The notes beneath the pieces are model-generated. The model was not told where the DNA came from and did not search any database. It saw nothing but the letters and a program-made list of their open reading frames with translations. Position numbers and translations under genes: made by a program. From an uncultured Candidatus Saccharibacteria bacterium (GTDB lineage: Bacteria; Patescibacteriota; Minisyncoccia; Phycocordibacterales; PALSA-1337): a DNA stretch of 64,000 nucleotides. Below are positions 9,462 to 19,186 of this stretch, piece after piece (positions within the stretch are counted from its first letter, which is position 1; each line of letters opens with the position of its first letter). The stretch covers positions 233,521-297,520 of the forward strand of contig CAZBVQ010000001.1 in NCBI GenBank assembly GCA_964495685.1. The letters are read 5' to 3'.

Positions 9462-10163
9462 TTATGGATTCTTTAGGAACGGTTCTGGGTTAACTTCGGC
9501 GTCTTCGCCAAAAAAATTCCCAGTGTTAACGTCGACGAGACTAAACTCGTAGCACGATATGCCGGTGCGTACGCTCAGTGCGAAGGTGTTCGCAATGAAC
9601 GCATGGAGCGCATGGCGACAGAATCCATCCACATCCGGCTCCCGAGGCGTTCCCAATTGTTGGCGGAGCGATTTGACTGAAATAAATACCTCGGCAGTGT
9701 TCACTTCAATATTACACTGTTTGAGGGTAAACGTGGTGAGATGAACGCGGTCGGGGCAATAAGCTCTGATCGTGATATCGTATACGGACTTTCTTGCTTC
9801 CACGTCTTCAATCTTGGCAGTCCATATGGTTGCCTCAGTCATGGGCACAGGCTCGATATTCTCGACATCAAAGCGGACTTGATCACTGATCTGGGGACGA
9901 CCCCCCTTGTTCGCTGACCCTTTAGCAATCCTCAGTTGAATTTTTCGCTCCTCTGCGCCGCAATCCAAGACAACTTTGCGGCCATGGAACAAGTTGGAAA
10001 CCATTCGCTTAATGGTCTGCAGGTGATTCCTTTTAAACTTGTCGATTGTCTCAGTTGTCTGTCCTGAAAAGACGGGGGACAGGAGTTTTACCAGTTCTAC
10101 CACGAGGGAGAGCACGCTCCCGCTCGAGGGTCCATTTTCGGCAGTTTCGGATGATTGAGGCAT
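9462..10163 (-). CDS. Hypothetical protein, no recognisable family
   Basis: Start trimmed to MPQSSETAENG. Convergent with the plus-strand genes of the island. Confidence 0.45.
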   Translation of the reverse strand: MPQSSETAENGPSSGSVLSLVVELVKLLSPVFSGQTTETIDKFKRNHLQTIKRMVSNLFHGRKVVLDCGAEERKIQLRIAKGSANKGGRPQISDQVRFDVENIEPVPMTEATIWTAKIEDVEARKSVYDITIRAYCPDRVHLTTFTLKQCNIEVNTAEVFISVKSLRQQLGTPREPDVDGFCRHALHAFIANTFALSVRTGISCYEFSLVDVNTGNFFGEDAEVNPEPFLKNP

Positions 10164-10306
10164 AAGCCTTGTATCCTTTTGGTTGTGTGTTGTTGTCAAA
10201 TAACGGTATATCGGCACATTGCCGATTGCGTTACTTTCACACCATAACATAAAATATTTACTGGGTCAAATACCTAAACTGACTTACAAAATATGATCAT
10301 CTGAGT

Positions 10307-10403
10307 GTCTCATTTTGACTGCGTTGAGCCCTAAAATAGAGCGACCGAGACGCGTAGGAAAGAATCAGAAAGAAATGTTAGAATAGCCTTACAAGGTTTC
10401 ACC
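10307..10403 (+). repeat. Promoter-like repeated module, copy B (TGTCTCATTTTGACTG ... ATAGCCTTACAAGGTTTCACC)
   Basis: Same motifs as copy A but with a different internal spacer (69 vs 48 nt). About 80 bp upstream of the small ORF at 10486. Confidence 0.55.
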
Positions 10404-10485
10404 ACTTAATTCTACCAATCTGGGCCTGACCAACTGTGGTCGTAGAATGGGACGGTTAGTAATTAAAAATAATTAATTCATCACT

Positions 10486-10659
10486 ATGTCACGAAGAAAA
10501 ATATTGCTTGTCGTATGGGCTCTTTCAATAATCATTTCAGGTGTGTTGGTTTGTTCTGCGTCTGGTAATGCGGAATACGGCTGGGCAGTCAGTCTCGGGC
10601 TTCTCGCAGTTTCGCTCGGGGTTCCGCTTATGCGAGCGCTCACGGAGTTTTCGAAGTAG
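10486..10659 (+). CDS. Small membrane protein (57 aa, two hydrophobic helices), not in the ORF track
   Basis: ATG MSRRKILLVVWALSIIISGVLVCSA... to TAG. Downstream of repeat copy B. Confidence 0.3.
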   Translation: MSRRKILLVVWALSIIISGVLVCSASGNAEYGWAVSLGLLAVSLGVPLMRALTEFSK

Positions 10660-10718
10660 GCTTCAACTTCGTCACATACATCCCACGCCCAAGCTTTTTC
10701 CTATATAATACCCCCATC

Positions 10719-11204
10719 ATGAATAACACCCCAAAAAATACAATTTGCTTATGGTTCGAGAAGGACGCCGAGGGCGCAGCACAGTTTTATGCCAAGACAT
10801 TTCCCGACAGCAAGGTCATCGATGTGTCCGGTGCACCGAGCGATTTTCCAGATGGTAAAAAGGGTGATGTTCTTGCGGTAACATTCGAAGTCTGTGGAAT
10901 CCCGTGTATGGGCATTAATGGTGGACCCATGTTCAAACAAAGTGAAGCCTTTTCTTTCCAGATCGCAACGGATGATCAAGAAGAGACAGACAGATATTGG
11001 AATGCAATTGTGGGGAATGGTGGCAAAGAGAGTGAGTGTGGTTGGTGCAAAGATAAGTGGGGAGTATCGTGGCAAATTACGCCGCGCACATTGACCGAAG
11101 CTCTCTCTGCCGGAGGTGCCGAGGCAAAAAGCGCCTTTGACGCCATGATGACCATGCAAAAGATAGACGTGGCGGCCATAGATGCGGCACGAAAAAATGG
11201 GTAA
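10719..11204 (+). CDS. VOC/glyoxalase-superfamily protein, PhnB-like (3-demethylubiquinone-9 3-methyltransferase domain family)
   Basis: ICLWF...AQFYAKTF and CGWCKDKWGVSWQI motifs characteristic of this domain. Confidence 0.75.
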   Translation: MNNTPKNTICLWFEKDAEGAAQFYAKTFPDSKVIDVSGAPSDFPDGKKGDVLAVTFEVCGIPCMGINGGPMFKQSEAFSFQIATDDQEETDRYWNAIVGNGGKESECGWCKDKWGVSWQITPRTLTEALSAGGAEAKSAFDAMMTMQKIDVAAIDAARKNG

Positions 11205-11277
11205 GATGGTCGAGAGAGGAACGGTGTATAGAAGAATTATCGGGACTTATGCATTGTAATGGCATAGAATTACCCAC

Positions 11278-11535
11278 ATGAACCCCAGTCACAAAAAAGC
11301 ATCACTCATCACCCTAGGCCTCACATCCCTCACCCTTTCTCGCGCCTGGTTCGCTCTCATCAATGATCCTGAAGGCCCCAACCTTCTCATTGTCATCGTG
11401 TTGGCGGCTATTTTGTTCGTTATTGCTCGGGCCACATTCAAGCCTCTCTCAGTCAAATGGGGAAGTCTCAAAGGAGTTGCGACGGCGATCGGCGTTCAGA
11501 TTGTGGTGGGGGTGCTGTTGTATATGGTGTTGTAG
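11278..11535 (+). CDS. Small membrane protein
   Basis: 85 aa, two hydrophobic segments. Confidence 0.3.
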   Translation: MNPSHKKASLITLGLTSLTLSRAWFALINDPEGPNLLIVIVLAAILFVIARATFKPLSVKWGSLKGVATAIGVQIVVGVLLYMVL

Positions 11536-11686
11536 TACAATTGACGCATGTTCACCCACACTACCTTCATTGTCCGTTGTCGCGCCATTATCCTCCATGC
11601 GGGCAAGATACTTCTGGTCAAACATGCACCAGTGAGCAACTTCTACGCTTTATCACAGCGTAGGTATTTCTTGCTATAATCACCCT

Positions 11687-12400
11687 ATGAATCTCACTCA
11701 GAAAGTCGTCGTCATCACCGGTGCCAGCAAGGGTCTCGGAGCGGTCATGGCTGATATGTTCAGAGGTCGTGGCGCTCAGGTGATCATCTCTGCTCGAGAT
11801 AAAGCTGCACTCGACGAAGTCGCCAAGAAAACAGGTGCTGTCGCGTGTGTTGCCGATGTGACCAAGCCTGCTCATATGGAAAAGGTGGCGGATTTCGCAG
11901 TGCAAAAATTCGGGACCATCGATATTTGGATTAACAATGCGGGTATTTGGTTGCCACGTGGACTTTTCGAACAAGTAGACATGAAGAGCGCGCATGATCT
12001 GTTCGAGGTCAATCTGTTCGGTATGATGTATGGTTGTCGTGCCGCGCTGGCTCATATGAAGAAGCACACGAATGGTACTATAGTTAATATTATTTCTACT
12101 GCCGCACTGGCACCTCGTCCCTACACAGCAGTGTACGCTGCGAGTAAAGCGGCTGAGAAAAATTTCACCGATTCATTACGGGAAGAGCTCATACAGGAAG
12201 GTACAAACATTACCCTGATTGGCGTGTATCCTGGTGGCATCAAGACGCACCTTTTCGATGTTGAATCACAGGCACCCAAGGATTTCGACTTATTCTTGGC
12301 ACCAGAGACAGTTGCAGAGAAGATCATTACTAATCTTGAGCAAGACCAGCCAGAATTGGAGCAGGTCATCAAAAGGCCGGGGCAGGAGATACAGAAATAA
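11687..12400 (+). CDS. Short-chain dehydrogenase/reductase (SDR)
   Basis: TGASKGLG, NNAG, YAASKAA catalytic motifs. Confidence 0.9.
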   Translation: MNLTQKVVVITGASKGLGAVMADMFRGRGAQVIISARDKAALDEVAKKTGAVACVADVTKPAHMEKVADFAVQKFGTIDIWINNAGIWLPRGLFEQVDMKSAHDLFEVNLFGMMYGCRAALAHMKKHTNGTIVNIISTAALAPRPYTAVYAASKAAEKNFTDSLREELIQEGTNITLIGVYPGGIKTHLFDVESQAPKDFDLFLAPETVAEKIITNLEQDQPELEQVIKRPGQEIQK

Positions 12401-12404
12401 TGCC

Positions 12405-13283
12405 ATGAAGATTTCCACACAGAGAATATGTACCGATGACGGACTTGAGTTATTCGGACTCTTGTACGAACCTGATGCGAAGTCAGCAAAAATACTTGTA
12501 CATGTTCACGGTATGGCAGGAAATTTTTACGAAAATCCATTTCTTGATTTCATTGCAAAAACTCTCACAGATCAGGGAATAGCCTTTTTCACCTTTAATA
12601 ATAGAGGATGCGAGTCTTTTAAGGATTTGACGCAGAAGGTTGGCGGTAAGAAAAAGTTTGTAAGAATAGGTAACGCCTATGAAAAATTTGAGGAATCAGT
12701 GCTGGATATCAAAGCTACTATAGATGCCGTTTCCACATTAGGTTTTTCTGAAATACACCTTTCAGGTCATAGCCTCGGGAGTCCCAAAGTTGTTTATTAT
12801 GTGTCAGAAACAAAGGACCCACGGATTAATTCAGTGCTACTCCTCTCTCCTTCCGATATGCTTGGTTTAGTGCGAGCTGATAGGGAGAGATTCGAGCGAG
12901 ATATTCAAGAAGCCACAACAATGTCCCAAAATGGGAAAGGAGGGGATCTTATTTCATTGAAAGTTTGGGATGAGTGCCCAGTAAGCGCGGACACCTATAT
13001 AAGTTTATTTGGCGATAATTCCAAGGCGGGCATTTTCAACTTCTATAATTCGTCCGACCGTCTAGAAGTTTTAGGGAAGATCACTCAACCTCTATTTGCG
13101 GTGATGGGTAGAAAAGATGATGCGTTAACTGTTTCGATAGAAGAGACCATGGAACGTATAACAAAGGCTACAAAAAATAGCCCCCATGTTGAGACACAGA
13201 TTCTCGGCGATGCTAATCATGGATATTTTGGAGATGAACAGGGGCTGGCTGATGCCATACTTGGATGGCTATGTCGTAAGTAG
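12405..13283 (+). CDS. Alpha/beta hydrolase
   Basis: HVHGMAGN and GHSLG nucleophile elbow. Start moved to the ATG just after the SDR stop, because the track ORF overlaps the SDR in another frame. Confidence 0.8.
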   Translation: MKISTQRICTDDGLELFGLLYEPDAKSAKILVHVHGMAGNFYENPFLDFIAKTLTDQGIAFFTFNNRGCESFKDLTQKVGGKKKFVRIGNAYEKFEESVLDIKATIDAVSTLGFSEIHLSGHSLGSPKVVYYVSETKDPRINSVLLLSPSDMLGLVRADRERFERDIQEATTMSQNGKGGDLISLKVWDECPVSADTYISLFGDNSKAGIFNFYNSSDRLEVLGKITQPLFAVMGRKDDALTVSIEETMERITKATKNSPHVETQILGDANHGYFGDEQGLADAILGWLCRK

Positions 13284-13296
13284 ATAGGGTCCACAC

Positions 13297-14595
13297 CTAT
13301 TCCTTCGGCAACACCACTGACACCTTCGTACCTTTGCTGAGCTGAGAAGACAGACTCACCGTACCACCGTGGAGAGTGATGATTTTCTTGGCCGTATAGA
13401 GACCGATACCACTCTGATCTGGTTCGAGCTGGAGTGCATTCTTGCCACGATACATGCGCTCGAAAATGTACTTCATATCAGCCGGTGATATACCGATGCC
13501 GGTATCGTTGACCGCGAGTGTCGCCGATGATCCGTCATCGGTTAGTGTTACCGTGACTCGTGCGTGAGGTGAATATTTGATCGCATTATCAATAATGTTA
13601 TTGAGTGCCGCTTTGAGTAATTTTGCATCTGCGGAGATGGTCAGTTCGCGGGGAATAGACACAGACAATTCGACTTCTTTGCGTTGTGCCAAGAATTCGA
13701 GCTCCGTTAGTATATCGCGCACCATTCCAGCCAAATCAGTTGATTCCTTCTTGAGGTTGAGTGCATGTTCGTCGCCTTCACCAGTCTTGAGCATATCATT
13801 GACGATGTGGATGGCATCAGTGAGACGCTCGATACCGGTGGCGAGAATGTCGCGAGATTCTGGGGCTGCCGGGTTGGCTGCGGCTGATTCCATAGCCCAT
13901 TTGGCACCCGTGAGCGGCGTACGCAATTGATGCTGGGCAATACTGAGGAAATCATTCTTGAGCGTATCGACCTGGATGAGTTCGATGAGGCGCTTGCTCG
14001 TCTGTTCCCGTTCATTCTTCTGGTGGAGGGACTCGATCACGATATGATGCATGAAATAACACACCATACCCATGAGTACGGTTTGGATGATGTGCTGGGT
14101 GATGAGTGCAGGGGTGATTTCTGCTACTGGATAGGTGATGATCAGTGCGGCAAAGAGGATGGTCGTGAATATGCCCACATCACGCGTGGTGGTACGGTCG
14201 AGATAAACGGCCGAAGTGAGGAGGGGGAAGATGAGTAGGAATATGAAAGGGCTCGATATATTCCCAGTAATGAAGATGAAGTAAATGAAGAATGCTGAAT
14301 ATGCGTACTGAGTGATGTTGTAGTAGATATTCTTCTTGGTGTGTTGGTGGAGACTGAATAGGGTGGCATGAATGATGCCGATGACGAACAGGGATATGCA
14401 CCCTTCGGTGGGCTTGAGCATCCAGGTGAACCAGGTGGGCAATGTGTAGATCAGGGCCGAAATGATGAGGGGGACGACCACCCCGATGACCTCAATGGCG
14501 ATGAAATAGATATGGAGACGTGAGTGTCCGGGTCTGGGCGCTGCTGCAGGAGCTGGTGTCATGGGAGTATTGTAGCATGGGTGGGGACGACTCAA
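13297..14595 (-). CDS. Sensor histidine kinase (membrane-bound)
   Basis: Multi-TM N-terminus. H-box HQLRTPLT. HATPase_c motifs NNIIDNAIKY and DTGIGIS. No response regulator adjacent. Confidence 0.85.
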   Translation of the reverse strand: MSRPHPCYNTPMTPAPAAAPRPGHSRLHIYFIAIEVIGVVVPLIISALIYTLPTWFTWMLKPTEGCISLFVIGIIHATLFSLHQHTKKNIYYNITQYAYSAFFIYFIFITGNISSPFIFLLIFPLLTSAVYLDRTTTRDVGIFTTILFAALIITYPVAEITPALITQHIIQTVLMGMVCYFMHHIVIESLHQKNEREQTSKRLIELIQVDTLKNDFLSIAQHQLRTPLTGAKWAMESAAANPAAPESRDILATGIERLTDAIHIVNDMLKTGEGDEHALNLKKESTDLAGMVRDILTELEFLAQRKEVELSVSIPRELTISADAKLLKAALNNIIDNAIKYSPHARVTVTLTDDGSSATLAVNDTGIGISPADMKYIFERMYRGKNALQLEPDQSGIGLYTAKKIITLHGGTVSLSSQLSKGTKVSVVLPKE

Positions 14596-14735
14596 TCCGG
14601 GGGTGTTCCTAGTAAGTCTTTATAGCTAAATAATATTCAGGACATGTCAATGCTTTGCTGCTAGTTTCCCTCTTGGAAGGGAAGTGCTATGATACACCCA
14701 TTCGTTATTAGTCATTATTCAGCTAACCAACATTT

Positions 14736-14990
14736 ATGGCAAAAGAAAACTCCGCATTTATGAAGCCGTTGAACGTCAGTGAAGATCTCGCTGCAGTTGT
14801 CGGCAAGGGCCCTATGGCCCGCTCAGAAGTGGTCAAGAAGCTCTGGGTCTACATCAAGGGCAAGAACCTCCAGGATCCCAAGAACAAGCGCAACATCAAC
14901 GCTGACGCAGCCCTCAAGAAGGTCTTCGGTGGTAAGGATGTTGTCAACATGTTCGAAATGACCAAGTTGGTCTCCAAGCATCTTTCATAA
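14736..14990 (+). CDS. SWIB/MDM2 domain protein
   Basis: 84 aa with the characteristic LAAVVGKGPMARSEVVKKLWVYIK...LQDP motif. Confidence 0.75.
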   Translation: MAKENSAFMKPLNVSEDLAAVVGKGPMARSEVVKKLWVYIKGKNLQDPKNKRNINADAALKKVFGGKDVVNMFEMTKLVSKHLS

Positions 14991-15012
14991 TCATCCGCTC
15001 GGATGGTACAAA

Positions 15013-15041
15013 AAGGCCGGTATCGACACGGCTTTTTTTGT
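15013..15041. terminator. Bidirectional rho-independent terminator
   Basis: AAAAAGGCCGgtatcgacaCGGCTTTTTTT hairpin between convergent genes. Confidence 0.55.
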
Positions 15042-15055
15042 TTGTACGTTTTCTG

Positions 15056-15967
15056 TTACTCGAAGAAATTGACCAAATACTCATCTATCTTCCTTTGGTC
15101 CATGTCGTAGAAATTCAAGTTCTGGTTGTGGAGGTAGGTCGCCAATTTCACGCCGACATAGCGCCAGTGCCATGGTTCGAAGACGTAGAATTTGTTGTCT
15201 GCAGGATATGAGAGGGTGAAGCCATACTTGTATGCGTTGGCACGGAGCCAGGTATATGCCTTGGTGGTATCGAATCCGTCGAGTTGACCATTGAGGCCCG
15301 TGGTGATGAGGTCGGTGGCTGTGCCGAGCTGATGCTCTGAATAACCCTGGTCAGCTGAGAATGTATTGGCGGTGCCAGCACCGTAGGTGATCGCATATGT
15401 ACTCTTGAGCGCACGCTGTTCGTCGAATGAACGGTAGGCAGAGAAGACATAGATACGGATACCATCTCGTGCGGCGTCACTCAGCATGTTCTGGAGATGT
15501 TCGAGTGTGTCAGCAAGGAAAAGGGGACGTTTGGTGTCAGAATATACATACGCAGAGGGTACTTCGGTGAGACGGGCAGGGATATAATTTTCATTCAAGA
15601 AAAAAACTTTGGAGTACTTGGCGAGAAGCTGAGGATCGGTCTTGCTCAATTTCTGGAGATTGGTCACAGTCGTCGAGTACGAGCCGACTTGTTCCTGGTA
15701 GGTGCCGACTTGCTGCTGGAGACTGTTCACATTCTGACGTTCTCGGGCGAGTTCGTCAGTGAGGGCTGAATGCGTAGCATCGATAGCGAGGGCAAGCTTG
15801 GCTGTTGTTGATGCGAGGGACGATGAGAGCTCCTGATTCTTCGCTGCGAGATCGTTGAGACGGTTATTGGTCAGATGAATACCGATGACTGTATAGAGTG
15901 CCGTCGCTACGAGGAGTACACCGACACCACCATAGACGAAGGTGATCGTTTTTTGTTTGATAGCCAT
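15056..15967 (-). CDS. D-alanyl-D-alanine carboxypeptidase, VanY/peptidase M15B family
   Basis: N-terminal TM plus coiled coil. SAYRS...EHQLGTA..D...PWHWRY zinc-peptidase motifs. Confidence 0.85.
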   Translation of the reverse strand: MAIKQKTITFVYGGVGVLLVATALYTVIGIHLTNNRLNDLAAKNQELSSSLASTTAKLALAIDATHSALTDELARERQNVNSLQQQVGTYQEQVGSYSTTVTNLQKLSKTDPQLLAKYSKVFFLNENYIPARLTEVPSAYVYSDTKRPLFLADTLEHLQNMLSDAARDGIRIYVFSAYRSFDEQRALKSTYAITYGAGTANTFSADQGYSEHQLGTATDLITTGLNGQLDGFDTTKAYTWLRANAYKYGFTLSYPADNKFYVFEPWHWRYVGVKLATYLHNQNLNFYDMDQRKIDEYLVNFFE

Positions 15968-16044
15968 GCGCGCATTATATGTTATTTGTAGGAGAAAGGG
16001 TACTGCACAGTATGTTGTTGTTTGTGTTAGTATGACGAATACGT

Positions 16045-17838
16045 ATGGAAACAGATACCAAACAAACAAAAGAGCAGATAGGTGCAGGTCTCCGTGCTAT
16101 CTGGCGCCATGTACGGCCATTCCGTGGCAAAGTGATCACTATGGTTATCCTAGGTCTCGTCTCGGCCCTAGCCAACGGTGTCGTGCCGTACGTCACCGGT
16201 CGTTTCTTCGATACGCTCATTGGCGTGTCGCAACATCAGGTGGCCATGTTTTCAAACTCCCTCTCACTATGGGCGGCCCTGCTCGTGGTGTGGGCAGTAG
16301 TCCAACTTGTCGCCAATAATATCGACTGGGTGATGGATCGTATACGTCGCCGTCTCGACACTAATGTCCATTTCAAGATGCAGGTAGAAGGATTCATACA
16401 CTTATTTAGATTACCTCTCAACTACCACAAGAATGCTCATAGCAATGCTGACTTGCAGAAAATAAGCCAAGCTGCCTGGAGGGTTTCAAGTATTATCGCA
16501 AGTATTTCACAGATAGCCCCACAACTCTTGAGTATCCTTATTGGTGTTACACTCGCAGCAACTATCAATAGTACTTTAGCCGGTGTATTACTCATCGGTG
16601 TAGTCATTTATGTCATACTTCTTTTCCGCATCCTGTTACCAGTTGCCTCTATCGATGCGCAGGCACACAAGAGCTGGAATGAACACTGGGACGATGCTTC
16701 TGCTTCTGTACAACAGATCGAGAGTGTCAAACAGGCATCAGCAGAGGAATATGAGATCAAGAAAGTCACCGACAATCTTGCAGTGAAGACTGCTGGTTTG
16801 TGGATGAGACTTGAGCGTAATTGGAGTAATGTTGAATTTTTCCAGCGCACTATCGTATTCCTTACCCAGTTGACCGTGTTTGTACTGTCAGTTGGCTTTG
16901 TGGCCAGAGGTATCATATCGGTCGGTGAACTCGTTGCTCTGAATGGATATTCATTGATGTTTTTTGGTCCGTTCGTCGCTCTTGGTCATAGTTGGCAAAC
17001 TATCCAAAATGGTATCACTGCCGCCGCTCGTGCTGAGAAAATTTTCGACGAGAAACAGGAAGTATATATGCCGACTGATGCCGTATCTCCGACCGCCATT
17101 GCGGGGAACATTACCTTTGACCACGTCTCATTCAAGTATGGAGCAGGTCAACCTGAGGTGCTCTCGGACATCAATGTCACCATCAAGGCCGGCCAAGTCG
17201 TTGCTCTTGTCGGTGAATCGGGAGTAGGTAAGAGTACCAGCATCTCACTTATTTCTGGCTATTATTTTCCGACTACAGGCGCTGTATTTATCGATGGTAT
17301 CGACACGCGACGATATGATCTCAAGAAATTACGTGAGCATATAGGTGTTGTTCCGCAAGAAGTCGCCTTGTTCAACGATACACTCATGGCCAATATTCGT
17401 TACGGTACATTCGGTGCCTCAGACGAAGATGTCATTCGTGCCGCTCGTGAAGCGCATATGGAAGAATTCATTTCCGCACTTCCGTTGAAATTCCAGACCA
17501 TCGTAGGTGAGCGCGGCATCAAGCTTTCTGTTGGTCAGAAGCAACGTGTCGCTATTGCCCGTGCTATATTGCGCAATCCCTCGATACTTATTCTTGACGA
17601 GCCGACGAGTGCACTCGATGCTCAGACCGAGAAAATAATTACAGGTACATTGGAGAAACTCATGCAGGGCAAGACCACGTTCATCATCGCCCACCGTCTT
17701 TCGACAGTGCGTAAGGCAGATAATGTCCTAGTGTTCCAGAAAGGTACAATCGTCGAGCAGGGTACTCATCACGAGCTTGTTGCGCGAGAAAATGGCGTCT
17801 ACCGTCGTCTCTACGAATATCAGATTGGTCTCCACTAG
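16045..17838 (+). CDS. ABC exporter, fused permease/ATP-binding (MsbA-like)
   Basis: 6-TM domain. Walker A GESGVGKST, signature LSVGQKQRVAIARA, Walker B ILILDEPTSALD. Confidence 0.9.
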   Translation: METDTKQTKEQIGAGLRAIWRHVRPFRGKVITMVILGLVSALANGVVPYVTGRFFDTLIGVSQHQVAMFSNSLSLWAALLVVWAVVQLVANNIDWVMDRIRRRLDTNVHFKMQVEGFIHLFRLPLNYHKNAHSNADLQKISQAAWRVSSIIASISQIAPQLLSILIGVTLAATINSTLAGVLLIGVVIYVILLFRILLPVASIDAQAHKSWNEHWDDASASVQQIESVKQASAEEYEIKKVTDNLAVKTAGLWMRLERNWSNVEFFQRTIVFLTQLTVFVLSVGFVARGIISVGELVALNGYSLMFFGPFVALGHSWQTIQNGITAAARAEKIFDEKQEVYMPTDAVSPTAIAGNITFDHVSFKYGAGQPEVLSDINVTIKAGQVVALVGESGVGKSTSISLISGYYFPTTGAVFIDGIDTRRYDLKKLREHIGVVPQEVALFNDTLMANIRYGTFGASDEDVIRAAREAHMEEFISALPLKFQTIVGERGIKLSVGQKQRVAIARAILRNPSILILDEPTSALDAQTEKIITGTLEKLMQGKTTFIIAHRLSTVRKADNVLVFQKGTIVEQGTHHELVARENGVYRRLYEYQIGLH

Positions 17839-17844
17839 AGAGGG

Positions 17845-19186
17845 TTACTTGTCCTTACGTCCACTGTGCGGAGCTGAACGTTTTTCTGGTGTGCGCTCGA
17901 GCCGTTCGAGTGTCTTTTTGTTGGTGATAATCTTCCAAATAGTCTTTATATGTCGTGCAATATGGTGTCCGTAGAAATAGTGTATGACGCCGAGTATGAG
18001 TATGAGTAAGAGGAGCAGCACCAAGAGCACAACAGCATGGTCCTTGATGAATTTTGCTGGCAGGAATGGTAAACTCACGTCGATTGAGGCATCCTGCACG
18101 TTGCCTGCACGATCGAAGGCGCGGACAATCACCCGTGCATTCTGGATAGAATCGAAGGGTATTTGATAGGGACTATCGCTACGCACGAAAGCGGGCGACT
18201 CGGTAGCCGACTTCGCCTTGTCGATGGTACCGACTTCGTAGTGATCGATCCCTGAGAGGGCATCGGTCGTGAAGTAGGTGACCAGCGCGCGATTGATGAC
18301 GGCCGCGGTTATATAATTGATCGTTGGCTCAAATTGTGCCGGGGGAGCCGTATCGATTTTGACTTCATAATGTGTCGGGGCACTCCACATGCCATTCTTG
18401 AGTGCTTTGACGTGGAAATAGGAGATACCGTCTGGAATACTCTCGAATGATTGTGATGTGCCAGTCGTATCTGGTGTGTTATCGGGAACAGTATTCGGCT
18501 TGTCATCGAGTGTTGTGCTATATCCTGTGGTGCCGGTGTCCTGTGCCCAGGAGAATACAGGATTGTTGTTGTTGTACCAACGATCGTGGAATGGATGCGT
18601 CTCCGAAGAAACCACGACACTGCCTGGTGGTCGTGCTGATACGGTATAGCGCGGAGTGTTCGCTTCGAAATCAGCAGGTGAGCCACTACCATCTAAAAGT
18701 AAAACACGAGAGGTGTTCCGTATGCGCAGATCAGATCGACCAGTACCTTTGGCCTGGAAGGTGATGAGTGCTACAAGTCCGGAACTGGTCTTGATACCTT
18801 TGGGGATGCCGCCGATGAATGTGATGGTACCGGCAGTATTATCGTACGTCGGTGCTTCTATCCAGAGCCCAATGACCGATGAGCCACCAGAGGGTTTGAC
18901 GACACTCAGAACTGTCGGGTCGAATGAGATGTGAAGCTCGAGAGCGCCAATGGTACTACCTTTGGTGTCGAGATAAAGAGGTACATCGAATGTCGATCCT
19001 TGAGCGAATGTGCCTGAACTCGGCGAGAATGAGAGTTCTGTTTTCGGTATCAGATCGGCTGCGTTTACGTTGATGGTTTGCTGGGCTCCAACATGTGATG
19101 GTGTACCAATAAACACACTTGCCACCAACACCATGGCGGCGATACTGATGTGGCCGAGGATGCGGAGGGGCGGAGTGCGCTTCATG
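17845..19186 (-). CDS. Secreted cohesin-like/FN3-like cell-surface protein with C-terminal TM anchor
   Basis: Signal peptide starts at MKRTPPLRILGHISIAAMVLVASVF. Cohesin-like beta-rich domain, then a T/N/D-rich linker, then C-terminal LLVLLLLLILILGVI. The track ORF extends to 19656 only by reading through the upstream gene in another frame. Confidence 0.6.

Noticed and set aside
11618-12067. 149-aa minus-strand ORF
   Set aside because: Antisense to the well-supported SDR gene, with no motifs.
12219-12404. Upstream extension of the alpha/beta-hydrolase ORF
   Set aside because: It overlaps the SDR coding sequence in a different frame and has an Arg/Ser-rich nonsense translation. The ATG at 12405 directly follows the SDR stop.
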